Source: Natronolimnobius sp. AArcel1
GTDB lineage: Archaea > Halobacteriota > Halobacteria > Halobacteriales > Natrialbaceae
Direction of reading: 5' to 3'
DNA: 24,000 nt
Assembly (NCBI RefSeq): GCF_011043775.1
Contig: NZ_JAAKXY010000001.1
Location: 263,617 to 287,616 of the forward strand
The notes beneath the pieces were generated by a model that ran no database searches, was not told the DNA's origin, and saw nothing but the letters and a program-made list of their open reading frames with translations. Shown here piece by piece: positions 1 through 8,713 of this stretch. A program made the position numbers and the translations under genes. Each line of letters starts with the position of its first letter. Position 1 is the first letter of the stretch.

Positions 1-734
1 CTCGCTTCGATCAGTTGGACCAGCACCGAGGCAAACAGCGATCCAGCACTCCAGATCGCAGTTTCACAGCCGTCGTCGTCGACCACACTCAACAGAATCG
101 TATCGTCGTCGACGACGATGATCCGTCCCGAGCGCTGATCGCTGGTCCGCGACTGTGGCGGTGAGTCGACCGTGACGCCCTCGAGGTGCTCGAATTGCGT
201 TCGGATCGACTCCACGCGACTCACGACGAGGACAGAGACGCCCTCGGCCGCCTGCGACTCGAGTGCGCGTTCCACTGGCTCGGTGATGAACTCCGGCAGG
301 CGTGTCCCGAAGACGATCCGTTCTTCGGCCCGCGAAAGTAGGTCCAACACGCGGTCGTCGACCCGGTCCCGGCCGCGAACGGTCCAGATATCTTCCTGGG
401 TTTCCTCGCCGGTAGAGTCCTGTTTGACCTCATCGACGTACGCAAACGCCCGTTCTCGCTCCTGTTCGAAGCGATTTTGCAAGGTGCGCTCTGCCTCCTC
501 GAGACTGACCGGCCGGTAGCGGATTGGACTCGACTGCTGGACCTCGAGGAGCCCGCGTTCTTCCAAGCTCTCGGCGACGCTGTAGACCTGCGAACGCGGC
601 ACATCGGCGACTCGATCGACATCTCGAGCGGTGCCGGAGCCGAGTTGGTGGAGTGCAATGAAGACTTTCGCCTCGTAGCTGGTGAGGCCAAGACGTTCGA
701 ACGCGTCAATAGCCTCGGTTTCGTCGACGCTCAT
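1..734 (-). CDS. TrmB-family winged-helix transcriptional regulator, partial (C-terminus lies beyond window start)
   Basis: Absent from the ORF track because there is no stop in the window. My own translation of the minus strand from the ATG at 734 gives MSVDETEAIDAFERLGLTSYEAKVFIALHQLGSGTARDVDRVADVPRSQVYSVAESLEERGLLEVQQSSPIRYRPVSLEEAERTL..., the canonical TrmB N-terminal wHTH. The frame stays open to base 1. An ATGA overlap (731-734) joins it to the stop of the upstream exporter gene. Confidence 0.85.
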   Translation of the reverse strand, partial: MSVDETEAIDAFERLGLTSYEAKVFIALHQLGSGTARDVDRVADVPRSQVYSVAESLEERGLLEVQQSSPIRYRPVSLEEAERTLQNRFEQERERAFAYVDEVKQDSTGEETQEDIWTVRGRDRVDDRVLDLLSRAEERIVFGTRLPEFITEPVERALESQAAEGVSVLVVSRVESIRTQFEHLEGVTVDSPPQSRTSDQRSGRIIVVDDDTILLSVVDDDGCETAIWSAGSLFASVLVQLIEA

Positions 735-3700
735 TGGGTATCACCATCGTTCTCATCGGATACTTGAGTAGCTACCTCTGTCTCGGCCGCCTCGTCGTCA
801 GCTACGCTGCCGCCATCGCTTGCGGCAGGCGTTCGTCGCTGTGTTGAGTGCCGATCAAACGAGACATCCGGACCAAGGTAACGGGTCCAGAGCACGAGCA
901 GCGTTGGCAAGACCACGACGCTCGCCAGGAACGCGTAGATGATCGTTAGCCCGGTAATGATGCCAAACTGCCGGAGCACGGGCAGGATGGCAAACGCAAG
1001 CGTCCCGAAGCCGCCGACGGTCGTCGCTGCGCTCCCGAGAAGGGCACCGCCGGTGCCGGTAACCGTCGTGTTCATCGCGTCCCAGACGTTGCCCTGACGA
1101 TCTAACTCGAGGGTGTAGCGGGCGCTGATGTGGATGCTGTAGGCGACACCGAGGCCGATGGTGAGGCTGGTGATCATCCCCGTCAGGACGTTAAATGGCA
1201 TCCCGATGAGGTACATCGTGCCGAGAATCCAACTCGTCGCGAACGCAACGGGCAACAGGGTGACGGCACCGAGCGTTGCGCTGTTGCCGGTCAGCCAGTA
1301 CGCCGCAGAAAGGAACGTAAAGACGGCGACGAGCGTGATGAGCAGGCTCTGGAGAACCGTATCGAGCAGATCCTGTTCGACGATGTAGTTGACGAGTGGG
1401 TCCCCAGTTGCGATGGCACTGACGCCACTGTAGTCGGCGGCTGCAACGGATTCGTTATCCGCCTCGTCGTCGCTCGCGACGGCGCGGTCGTCGCCGATTC
1501 CATCGTCGTCAATCGAGCCAGCAATTATCCGCATCTCGTCTGTCGTGTCTGCAAAGGCAGCGTCGCCCTCAGTCGCCACAATGAGTCGGACCGAATCGTA
1601 CTCCCCGTCGTCCGTTCGGTGGATGACGTTGCTCGCAGCGTCTTCGTCAACCTCGAACAGTTCGTCGAACAGCGCCGGCACGTCCTCATCAGGAACGTCG
1701 TCGCCTGTCGTATCCGCCGCCTGGAACGACTCGTTGAACGACTCGTTCTGTGCCGCGGTCTCTTCCATCACCGAGAGCGGGCTCTCGACATCCGCGTCGC
1801 CAGTCGGCAGCGTGTACGTCACCGGACTGTCGCTGGCCTCGTCCTGTGCGGCCTCGAGGCGTTCCAGAACGTCCCCATTGGCGACATCGCCTTCGACCAG
1901 AATCTGTGCCTGAACGTCGTCGCGCTGGAAGTTCTCGTTGATGTAGTCCAGATTATCCGCGGCCTGGTACTCGCCGGGTGCCATCGAGCCGGGCAGGTTC
2001 TGGGTCCACTCAGGCGGACTCTCCGCGAGGAAATCCTCCTCCTCGAAGCTCGTATCGACCTGACTCGCGCCGTAGACGCCGCCGGCGGTAAGCAACAGGA
2101 CGGCAACCAACAGGACCAGCGGGATGCGACGTGCAACGACAGAACCAACTGAAAGCAGGCTGCTGAATCGGCTGCCGCCAGTCCCGAACGCGCGCTTATG
2201 CCGGTCGAAGCCACGCGACTCGAGCCAGGAGTCGATTTCGACTTTCGCGGCCGGAATGAGTCCGCCGAAGACGATCAGTGCGGAGATAATTCCGACAGAG
2301 CTGACGACGCCGAACTCCTGAATCGGCCCGATTGGGCTGATGAGGTTCGCGAGGAACCCGATTGCCGTCGTTGCAGTCACCCAGACGAGCGCAACGCCGA
2401 CACCAGCGAGGGCGATAGACATCGAGCCACGGACGGTGTTGATGCCCGATTCAGTCGCCACTCGCTCCGCCTCGACTGTGGCCCGCGCGGCTTCCCGCTG
2501 CTCTCGATGACGCATAAAGACGTGTATCGCGTAGTCTATCGAGAGCCCGATCAGTAACACCGGGACCGCGACGAACATCTGGTTGAACGAGATTCCTGCC
2601 CAGCCCATGAAGCCGAACGTCCAGACGAGCACCGCGACGATACCGATGAGGCCGAGCACGATATCGAGCGGGTCACGGTAGGCGACCAGCAGTGCCGCAG
2701 CGACGAACGCCAGCGCAAGCGGCCCGACAATCGAGAGGCTATCGACCATCGAGCGGTCGATCTCGTCTGTGATGATCCCCACGCCGAAGACGACGTGGTC
2801 ATGCTCGTGTGCCGACGCGAGCGTCCCGAGGTCTTGCTGGGCGTCGACCACGCCGTTGCCACCCTCAGCCGCGCCCATCTCGAGGTCGTCGCCACCGGTA
2901 TCCTGCATGATCGAGGTCATCCGGGCGTCAGCGTCGGTCGAGCCCGGCTCGTACTCCGAAGGCATGAAGGCCAATCCTGCCCCGTCCTCGCCGTTATCGC
3001 CGTCTGCGAGCGTGTCCTCGAGTGCGTCCTCGAACGCGTCGTCGTCAATCGTTTCGAGCGTCTCAATCTGCTCCTCGAGCGAGAGTCGCTCGTCGTCCTC
3101 CTCGAGTGCCTCCTGATCCGCTTCAAAGGCGTCGAAGTCGTCCTCAAGTTGCTCGTACTCGTCTTCGAGGACGCCCATCGTCGCGCCAGCGTAGACGTCA
3201 TCGAGACCCTCCTGAATCTCCTGATACTCGTCAAGCTCCTCGAGTTGGTCGGGATCCTCGACGCTTTGCTCGAGTTCGTACAGATCCGACTCGAGCATGC
3301 GCGCCTGTCCGGCGAATTCTTCGTACGTCTCGGCTTGCTCGTCATCGAGGTTAGCCTCCGTTGTGATTTCCTCGAGGAGTTCGTCGTAGCCCGCCTCGAT
3401 GTCAGCGGCTCCCTGCTGGTACTCTGGGTCGTCCTCGTCGTACTCGGCACTCAGCTGCTCGTACTCGCGCTGGAGGTCTCGAGACTCGTTGATTCCAGCC
3501 TCGAGCTGGGCGCTTCTGGCCTCGAGTTCAGCCTCGCGCTCGCCGAGTTCTTCACCGCGTTCCTCGAGTTCCTCGCCCTGCTCGGTCGCATTCGCCGTAA
3601 TTGCGACCAGGTTCTCAACGCCGGTGATTGGGTCGTCATCAGCGAGTGTTTCGTTGATGGACTCATTTGAGCGTATCTCCTGTTGGAACTCGAGTGACTC

Positions 3701-3967
3701 GAGCAGTGACTCGCGCTCGAGGACGTTGTCGCCGTCGCCTCTGGTGATCAACTGGACGGCAGTCGTGTTATCGTCGGTACCGAATCGCTCATCGATGTCG
3801 TCCATCGCCTGGGCCTCCGGAGAATCGGTTTCGAACTGATCCAGCGAGGAATCGTCGTCGACCATCGGCATTCCCGCACCCACAAGCGCGGTTAGCAAGA
3901 GAAGGGCTACAAAAACGATCCGTGAATGATCGGTCACAATGGCGGCGAGGCGGTGTGGCAGACTCAT
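731..3967 (-). CDS. RND-superfamily (HAE3/MMPL-like) exporter with two 6-TM bundles and very large acidic extracytoplasmic loops
   Basis: Long ORF 731..4003. The codon at 4003 is TTG, and the first ATG is at 3967 (MSLPHRLAAIVTDHSRIVFVALLLL...), which I prefer as the start. There are two hydrophobic blocks of about 6 helices each (e.g. ...LSIVGPLALAFVAAALLVAY...LIGLSIDYAIHVFMRH... and ...LLITLVAVFTFLSAAYWL...TIGLGVAYSIHISARY...). The repeated motif GL(S/G)(I/V)DY/AYxIH is typical of MMPL/RND exporters. Confidence 0.8.
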   Translation of the reverse strand: MSLPHRLAAIVTDHSRIVFVALLLLTALVGAGMPMVDDDSSLDQFETDSPEAQAMDDIDERFGTDDNTTAVQLITRGDGDNVLERESLLESLEFQQEIRSNESINETLADDDPITGVENLVAITANATEQGEELEERGEELGEREAELEARSAQLEAGINESRDLQREYEQLSAEYDEDDPEYQQGAADIEAGYDELLEEITTEANLDDEQAETYEEFAGQARMLESDLYELEQSVEDPDQLEELDEYQEIQEGLDDVYAGATMGVLEDEYEQLEDDFDAFEADQEALEEDDERLSLEEQIETLETIDDDAFEDALEDTLADGDNGEDGAGLAFMPSEYEPGSTDADARMTSIMQDTGGDDLEMGAAEGGNGVVDAQQDLGTLASAHEHDHVVFGVGIITDEIDRSMVDSLSIVGPLALAFVAAALLVAYRDPLDIVLGLIGIVAVLVWTFGFMGWAGISFNQMFVAVPVLLIGLSIDYAIHVFMRHREQREAARATVEAERVATESGINTVRGSMSIALAGVGVALVWVTATTAIGFLANLISPIGPIQEFGVVSSVGIISALIVFGGLIPAAKVEIDSWLESRGFDRHKRAFGTGGSRFSSLLSVGSVVARRIPLVLLVAVLLLTAGGVYGASQVDTSFEEEDFLAESPPEWTQNLPGSMAPGEYQAADNLDYINENFQRDDVQAQILVEGDVANGDVLERLEAAQDEASDSPVTYTLPTGDADVESPLSVMEETAAQNESFNESFQAADTTGDDVPDEDVPALFDELFEVDEDAASNVIHRTDDGEYDSVRLIVATEGDAAFADTTDEMRIIAGSIDDDGIGDDRAVASDDEADNESVAAADYSGVSAIATGDPLVNYIVEQDLLDTVLQSLLITLVAVFTFLSAAYWLTGNSATLGAVTLLPVAFATSWILGTMYLIGMPFNVLTGMITSLTIGLGVAYSIHISARYTLELDRQGNVWDAMNTTVTGTGGALLGSAATTVGGFGTLAFAILPVLRQFGIITGLTIIYAFLASVVVLPTLLVLWTRYLGPDVSFDRHSTQRRTPAASDGGSVADDEAAETEVATQVSDENDGDTQ

Positions 3968-4003
3968 CTCATCGCCTCCATCGAACGACCACGGCGTTGG
4001 CAA

Positions 4004-4246
4004 GACATGCTGTTGTTATAATCCTACAAACGGCACGGCTTATACGTATTTGGTTGTTGATACTATTGAGAATTTCATAGAGTCTGATATTGTTCTGAAA
4101 GCCGTATACCCACCAAGAGTACGGAATCAATACTGGCTAATAGGATGTCTGTAATCAATTACATCCCGCGTCAATAGTGAACCTACACCGGTGTAATTGT
4201 CTCAAGTGGAGGCCTAACTAATTGGCTGTAGTTATACCGTTGATAC
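4004..4246. promoter_or_regulatory. AT-rich divergent promoter region between the exporter operon and the formyltransferase-like gene
   Basis: 243 bp with no ORF and visibly AT-rich compared with the flanks. It contains a perfect 12-bp palindrome TACACCGGTGTA (4184-4195) and an inverted repeat GGATGT-N12-ACATCC (4143-4166). Several TATA-like runs are present. Confidence 0.4.
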
Positions 4247-5203
4247 ATGGGCTCAACAAAACCGCAGACAGTTGGCCTTCTCGTCGAACCTTTTCTCTAC
4301 GAGTGGCAGGTCCGCGCCCTCGAGACGCTGCAGTCGAGGACTGACCTCGAGATCAGCCTCGTTGTTAGCAACGGGCGGAACGACTCATGTTCAATTGACG
4401 ACTGGAACACGCGCGACCGAATCGAATTCAGCGATGTGACGCGATTTCTACGCGAACTGCGCCAAGAACGCGCTTGGACGCTTGTCCTCGCCGAACGAAA
4501 CATTGCCAGAGTCGCTGGCGATACCGCCGGGCTCTGGCACCGCCGCGCCATCGACGACGTATCCGCACTCGAGGGTGTCGATCACGTACGCTGTCGTCCA
4601 GAACGTACGGGTTCGTGGGCCGAATTTCCAGACCGCGTCGTCTCAGACGTTGCAACACAGTGTGACGTCGTCATCCGCTTTGGCTTTGGGCTCATTCGGG
4701 GCGGTATTCTCGAGGCACCCGACTACGGCGTGTTGAGCTTTCACCCCGCCGATATCCGTCGCTTTCGCGGGTTGGGTCCGCCGGCGATTTTCTACGAAGA
4801 CCGGTCAGTCGCAGGCGCGACGTTACAGCGTCTGACGGACTCAATCGACGGTGGCGAAATCGTCGCCATCGACGAGGTTTCAGTTGCGGACTGTGAGACG
4901 ATGTGGGACGTCTTCGACCGAACGGCAACGCTGCAAATTGACCTCTTGAGTGACGGCCTCGAGAATCTGCAAGATCCGTCGTTCGAGCCAGAGACGGTTC
5001 CAGAGTCAGAACTCGGCACGTATTACTCCCGGAAACAGCGCCGCTCACTCGGGTTCTCGGCCCGTGTTTTGGCGCGCAATCTCCGTGGCCGACTGGAACG
5101 CCGGTACCGACAGCGCGTACTGGCGCTCGAGGAAAGCGAAAACGCACGGTCTGCGGACGCAGAAACCAATCCTGCCTCTGATTCGTCCGGGCACCACCGC
5201 TGA
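4247..5203 (+). CDS. Formyltransferase-fold protein (Fmt/PurN-like core)
   Basis: ATG at 4247. The core VLSFHPADIRRFRGLGPPAIFY...GATLQRLTDSIDGGEIV resembles the formyltransferase signature (I/L)N(V/I)HxSLLPxxRGxxP...D.G.D.G. The catalytic His and the downstream Asp are present, but Ser replaces the usual Asn. The overall composition is acidic. Confidence 0.6.
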   Translation: MGSTKPQTVGLLVEPFLYEWQVRALETLQSRTDLEISLVVSNGRNDSCSIDDWNTRDRIEFSDVTRFLRELRQERAWTLVLAERNIARVAGDTAGLWHRRAIDDVSALEGVDHVRCRPERTGSWAEFPDRVVSDVATQCDVVIRFGFGLIRGGILEAPDYGVLSFHPADIRRFRGLGPPAIFYEDRSVAGATLQRLTDSIDGGEIVAIDEVSVADCETMWDVFDRTATLQIDLLSDGLENLQDPSFEPETVPESELGTYYSRKQRRSLGFSARVLARNLRGRLERRYRQRVLALEESENARSADAETNPASDSSGHHR

Positions 5204-5232
5204 CTTCGAGAGCCTGCTGGTAGGGTGGCCGC

Positions 5233-5967
5233 TCACTCGATGGTGACCGTCGTCAGATCCTCCGCGAATCGAACGTCACCGTCGTACTGTCTGGCAATTG
5301 ACTCGAGCATCTCGTCGTGGCGGCCATCGGTGTGTGGGTACAGATGTGTCAGATACACCCGGCCGATGTCGTGGCCGGCGAGTGCGGTTCCAAGCGTTTC
5401 CGGTGTGGGATGATTCGAGACGTCGACATCGTCGGGAAACGAGCAGTCGTGTGCCAGCACCGCCGAGCCCTCAGCGAAGTTCGCTAGTCCGGCAAACGCC
5501 TCGCTATCGCCGCTGAAGGTAAAGAGATCGCCAAATCGGTAAGCCAGACACGGCAACGAATGACGGGTTTCGTACGCCGACACGTTGAAGCCGGCGACCG
5601 AAAACTCGCCCTGATGGACCTCGCGAATTTGCAAGTCGAGCCGATCCTGCATGTAGTCGTGCACCGAGAGCAAGTCGTCGACCAGTCCTTTTGTCCCCTG
5701 CGGGCCGACGATCTCGAGCTGTTCCTCACCGGCGAGCCAGCGGGCTTTCATCAGCGGCAGGAGATCGGCGACGTGATCGAGGTGATGATGCGTCAACAGC
5801 ACCGTCGAAATGGCCTCGTAGCCGACGCCAGACTGCTCGAGTCGGTGAAGGACGCCTGATCCGCAGTCGAGCAGCAACGTTCGACCGTCCTCCTGAACGA
5901 GCAGTCCCGTCTGGAAGCGCTCGCCAGTCGGCATCGCGCTTCCGGTGCCCAAAAACGTAACCTGCAT
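5233..5967 (-). CDS. MBL-fold metallo-hydrolase (RNase Z/beta-lactamase superfamily)
   Basis: HHHLDHVADL (HxHxDH) motif, with the typical N-terminus MQVTFLGTGSAMPTGERFQTGLLV...LLLDCGSG. I place the start at the internal ATG at 5967, because the 43 upstream residues of track ORF 5233..6096 are Cys/Thr-rich and do not look protein-like. Confidence 0.85.
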   Translation of the reverse strand: MQVTFLGTGSAMPTGERFQTGLLVQEDGRTLLLDCGSGVLHRLEQSGVGYEAISTVLLTHHHLDHVADLLPLMKARWLAGEEQLEIVGPQGTKGLVDDLLSVHDYMQDRLDLQIREVHQGEFSVAGFNVSAYETRHSLPCLAYRFGDLFTFSGDSEAFAGLANFAEGSAVLAHDCSFPDDVDVSNHPTPETLGTALAGHDIGRVYLTHLYPHTDGRHDEMLESIARQYDGDVRFAEDLTTVTIE

Positions 5968-6156
5968 GCGAGAGCGTGTGCCCGGGCCGAGCAAAAGGGT
6001 TGCGCTGGCCGATATTGCAACAGTACACTCACAAGAACAGAACTGGGTGTCCCAGTCAGTACAACCGACCGTATCATACGGTTTACTGTACGTCATTTCC
6101 GGCGCACCCGCGGCCAGAGCGTCGGTTACGCCGGCACATTGTCATACCAATCCGTA

Positions 6157-6882
6157 TCAGTCCGCTCTCGAGACGGCACTGGGTTCGGCTTCGGTGACCG
6201 ACTCTTCAAACGGGTTCTCGATGACTGCGCTCGCGTTGAGCGCGATCAGGCCGAATCCAACCTTCGTGAGTACATCAAGGTACATGATGAGCATGACATC
6301 AACCGTAAGCGTAAGCAGTCCAAGACCGGGTTGACCGAGTAGCCAGACGACTGGATACACCGTCCAGAGGATCACTGTCAAGTTTCGAAGACTGGTAAAC
6401 AGCGACGCGACACCGGTCCCGTGCTGGCTCGCCCGAGCAGTCATTGGACCGAGCAACAGGTACAACAATCCGAGGTAGACAATACCAGCTAGAACGAACA
6501 GCCCGTATCGCGCCGATCCCGCCACGAGAGCACCGGCGAAGCCAAGGCCCATCACAGCAGTATTGACACCGATAACGAGGCCCAGTTCCCGACGACCGCT
6601 TCCAGCGAGCAAGCCCAAAAAGAGCAACAGTAGCGGTGTCGTCAGAATCCAATCGATGTACCGCGGAATGAATACAGTCCGATCAGCAACAGATATCCAG
6701 CCGACACCGAGCGCCATCAACACATAGGCCAGGAATGCAATTGAACTGATTGCCACCAGTATTCCGTAATATCGCCGTTGGGCAGTCTGAGCACTGATCC
6801 CACCCCACACGAACGCCACCGTGCCAGCAGCCATCCCGAACGCACCGATCCAAAACACCAGCGTTGGCTCAAGGTCGATCAT
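6157..6882 (-). CDS. sopII: Sensory rhodopsin II (phoborhodopsin)
   Basis: 7-TM opsin. [21 protein letters not shown] has the counterion Asp present and Phe at the BR-D96 position, which marks a sensory type rather than a pump. The retinal-lysine helix is [23 protein letters not shown]. Long stretches are collinear with the Natronomonas pharaonis SRII sequence as I remember it (LFWLGAIGM..., RYYVTLV..., [15 protein letters not shown]). The start overlaps the htrII stop (ATGA, 6879-6882). Confidence 0.93.
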   Translation of the reverse strand: MIDLEPTLVFWIGAFGMAAGTVAFVWGGISAQTAQRRYYGILVAISSIAFLAYVLMALGVGWISVADRTVFIPRYIDWILTTPLLLLFLGLLAGSGRRELGLVIGVNTAVMGLGFAGALVAGSARYGLFVLAGIVYLGLLYLLLGPMTARASQHGTGVASLFTSLRNLTVILWTVYPVVWLLGQPGLGLLTLTVDVMLIMYLDVLTKVGFGLIALNASAVIENPFEESVTEAEPSAVSRAD

Positions 6883-8543
6883 CGCAACTCGCCTCCGTCA
6901 GCCAGCGCCGAGTGCACGCGCGTGCGTGATCCTCGTTCGGATATCTGCACGTCCTCGAGAACCTCGAGTAACGTCTGTGCGCCGTTGGACAGATGCTCGA
7001 CGCGCTCGAAGACATCCCCGGCCACGTCCATCTGGGTCTCGGCTGCACCCGAGACATCGGTAGCTTCGCCAGCAGTCGTCTCAGCAATATCTGAGACCTC
7101 ATCGATCATGCTCACCACTTCTGAGGCCGACTCAGCCTGCCGGTCCGTCGACGTGCTGATCTCCTGAATCCCCGTATTCGCTTCTTCAACCGAATCGACA
7201 ATTCGCTCGAGGGAGGTGGCTGTTTCCTGGACCGTTTCGACACCGCGAGAGAGTCGCTCGCTTGTCTCTCGAATGTCTTCGACAGTCATTTCGGTCCGTT
7301 CTTGGATGCCGTCGATAGACGTTGAAATCTCTTCAGTCGCATCTTTTGTCTCCTCAGCGAGGGATTTGACCTCGCTTGCGACGACCGCGAAGCCGTCACC
7401 GTCTCGGTCGGCATGGGCCGCTTCAATAGAGGCGTTCAGCGCGAGCAGGTTCGTCTGGTCGGCAATGTCTGCGATAATTTCCGTAACTTCACCGATTTCT
7501 CTGACGTCCTCATGGAGCGTCTCGATTGCGTCAACAGTCGCCATTGTTTGGGCCTCAATCTCGTTCATTTCTGCAATCGAGGATTCAGCCATCTCGAGGC
7601 CGTTTTCGCTCGCCTCTGCGGCTTCGTGGGACGTTTGGGCCACCTGTGTCGCGCTTGCGGCCATCTCCTCTGTCGTCGCGGAGATGTCATCCATCTCGCG
7701 GGCAATCCCTTGGATCTGCTCCGTCTGGACGGTTGCGCCCTCGGAAATATCTGCAATGGTCTCGTTGACGTCCGCGCTTTTTTCCTGGACCCGCTCGGCG
7801 TTCGATCGGACCTCGCGACTCTCCGTTGACACGTCGACTGCAAAGCCGTGGATACGCCCGACTAACTGCTCGATGCCATCCATCATCTCGTCGAACGAGT
7901 TGGCGATATCCGCCATTGCCTCGTTGTCAGTTTCGGCGTCCATCCGCGCGGTCAGATCACCGTCGGCACAGCGAGCCATCACGTCGCTAAATCGCTCGGC
8001 CTCAGCCTCTAACTTAGTGTTCATCTCGTCGAGTCGTTCTCGCTCAGCTTCGGCCTCCGTTCTGGCGGCTTCAGCTTGTTCGCGTGCCTCTTCAGCTCGG
8101 ACGCGAGCGGCTTCTGCCTCATCGCGGGCAGTCTCAGTCTCCTCGAGCGATGTCCGAAGCGAGGTCCGCATCTCATCGAACGAGTTGTACAGGTCGCCAA
8201 CTTCGTCCTCACGACGTGTCTCGAGGTCAACCTCGAGGTCGCCATCGCCCATTCTGGCCGCTGTCGTCGACAGTGCCGAAAGCGACGCGGCGGTGTTTCC
8301 GCCAACAGTCGCCGCGACCAGCCCGAGATTGATCACCGTCAAGACAATCAACCCAAGAATCGCCGACACCGCAGCGTTCTGTACGGCTGCGGCGTCACCA
8401 GCTTCGATGCCGGCAGTAATCTCTCCGTACAGGACGCCACCAAATACGATCGTGACGACGGTAACAAGCGTGAATATCGCGCCGAGTTTCGCCGTGTAAT
8501 TCCGGCGAACCCGACCAGGCAACAGCAATCTCGCGACGTTCAT
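6879..8543 (-). CDS. htrII: Sensory rhodopsin II transducer (methyl-accepting phototaxis transducer HtrII)
   Basis: The N-terminus [24 protein letters not shown]... and TM2 [32 protein letters not shown] closely match NpHtrII from memory. HAMP region: [29 protein letters not shown]. Highly conserved MCP signalling hairpin: [44 protein letters not shown]. There is no large extracellular domain between TM1 and TM2. Confidence 0.93.
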   Translation of the reverse strand: MNVARLLLPGRVRRNYTAKLGAIFTLVTVVTIVFGGVLYGEITAGIEAGDAAAVQNAAVSAILGLIVLTVINLGLVAATVGGNTAASLSALSTTAARMGDGDLEVDLETRREDEVGDLYNSFDEMRTSLRTSLEETETARDEAEAARVRAEEAREQAEAARTEAEAERERLDEMNTKLEAEAERFSDVMARCADGDLTARMDAETDNEAMADIANSFDEMMDGIEQLVGRIHGFAVDVSTESREVRSNAERVQEKSADVNETIADISEGATVQTEQIQGIAREMDDISATTEEMAASATQVAQTSHEAAEASENGLEMAESSIAEMNEIEAQTMATVDAIETLHEDVREIGEVTEIIADIADQTNLLALNASIEAAHADRDGDGFAVVASEVKSLAEETKDATEEISTSIDGIQERTEMTVEDIRETSERLSRGVETVQETATSLERIVDSVEEANTGIQEISTSTDRQAESASEVVSMIDEVSDIAETTAGEATDVSGAAETQMDVAGDVFERVEHLSNGAQTLLEVLEDVQISERGSRTRVHSALADGGELR

Positions 8544-8713
8544 AGCATGCGATATGAAACCCCTCTCTTTTAGCGATAGTGGCCAACAGTGTTGAGATCG
8601 CTTCTCGAGGCTTCAAAGGGAGTTCATCGTTAGCCAGATCGTTCATTACCCCCTTGCCGAAACAGGCGGGCAATGCAGCGATCAATCGACCCGAGAGACC
8701 ACACCAACTACCG
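8544..8713. promoter_or_regulatory. Shared divergent control region between htrII-sopII and crtY-blh
   Basis: 170 bp lie between the two divergent ATGs. A TATA-like CTAAAAG sits about 30 nt upstream of htrII on the minus strand. There are short permuted direct repeats TTCATCGTT / ATCGTTCAT (about 8622-8648). I could not recognise a confident operator. Confidence 0.4.

Noticed and set aside
1130-3670. Several long plus-strand ORFs (1130..2152, 2795..3670, 3399..3839 and others) inside the exporter gene
   Set aside because: All are antisense or alternative frames of the 1078-aa RND/MMPL gene. Their translations are Arg/Val/Leu- or Ser-rich shadows produced by GC-rich codon bias.
6068-6082. Palindrome ACCGTATCATACGGT downstream of sopII as a terminator hairpin
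   Set aside because: Archaeal termination mainly uses T-runs. The palindrome has a 1-nt loop, which is poor as an RNA hairpin. It could equally be a protein-binding site for the downstream MBL gene promoter. The evidence is too weak to annotate.
7216-8499. 427-aa ORF on the plus strand, antisense to htrII
   Set aside because: The Ser/Ala/Arg-rich, low-complexity translation is the mirror image of a strongly GC3-biased real gene. It has no motifs and a non-acidic composition. htrII on the minus strand has unmistakable MCP motifs.
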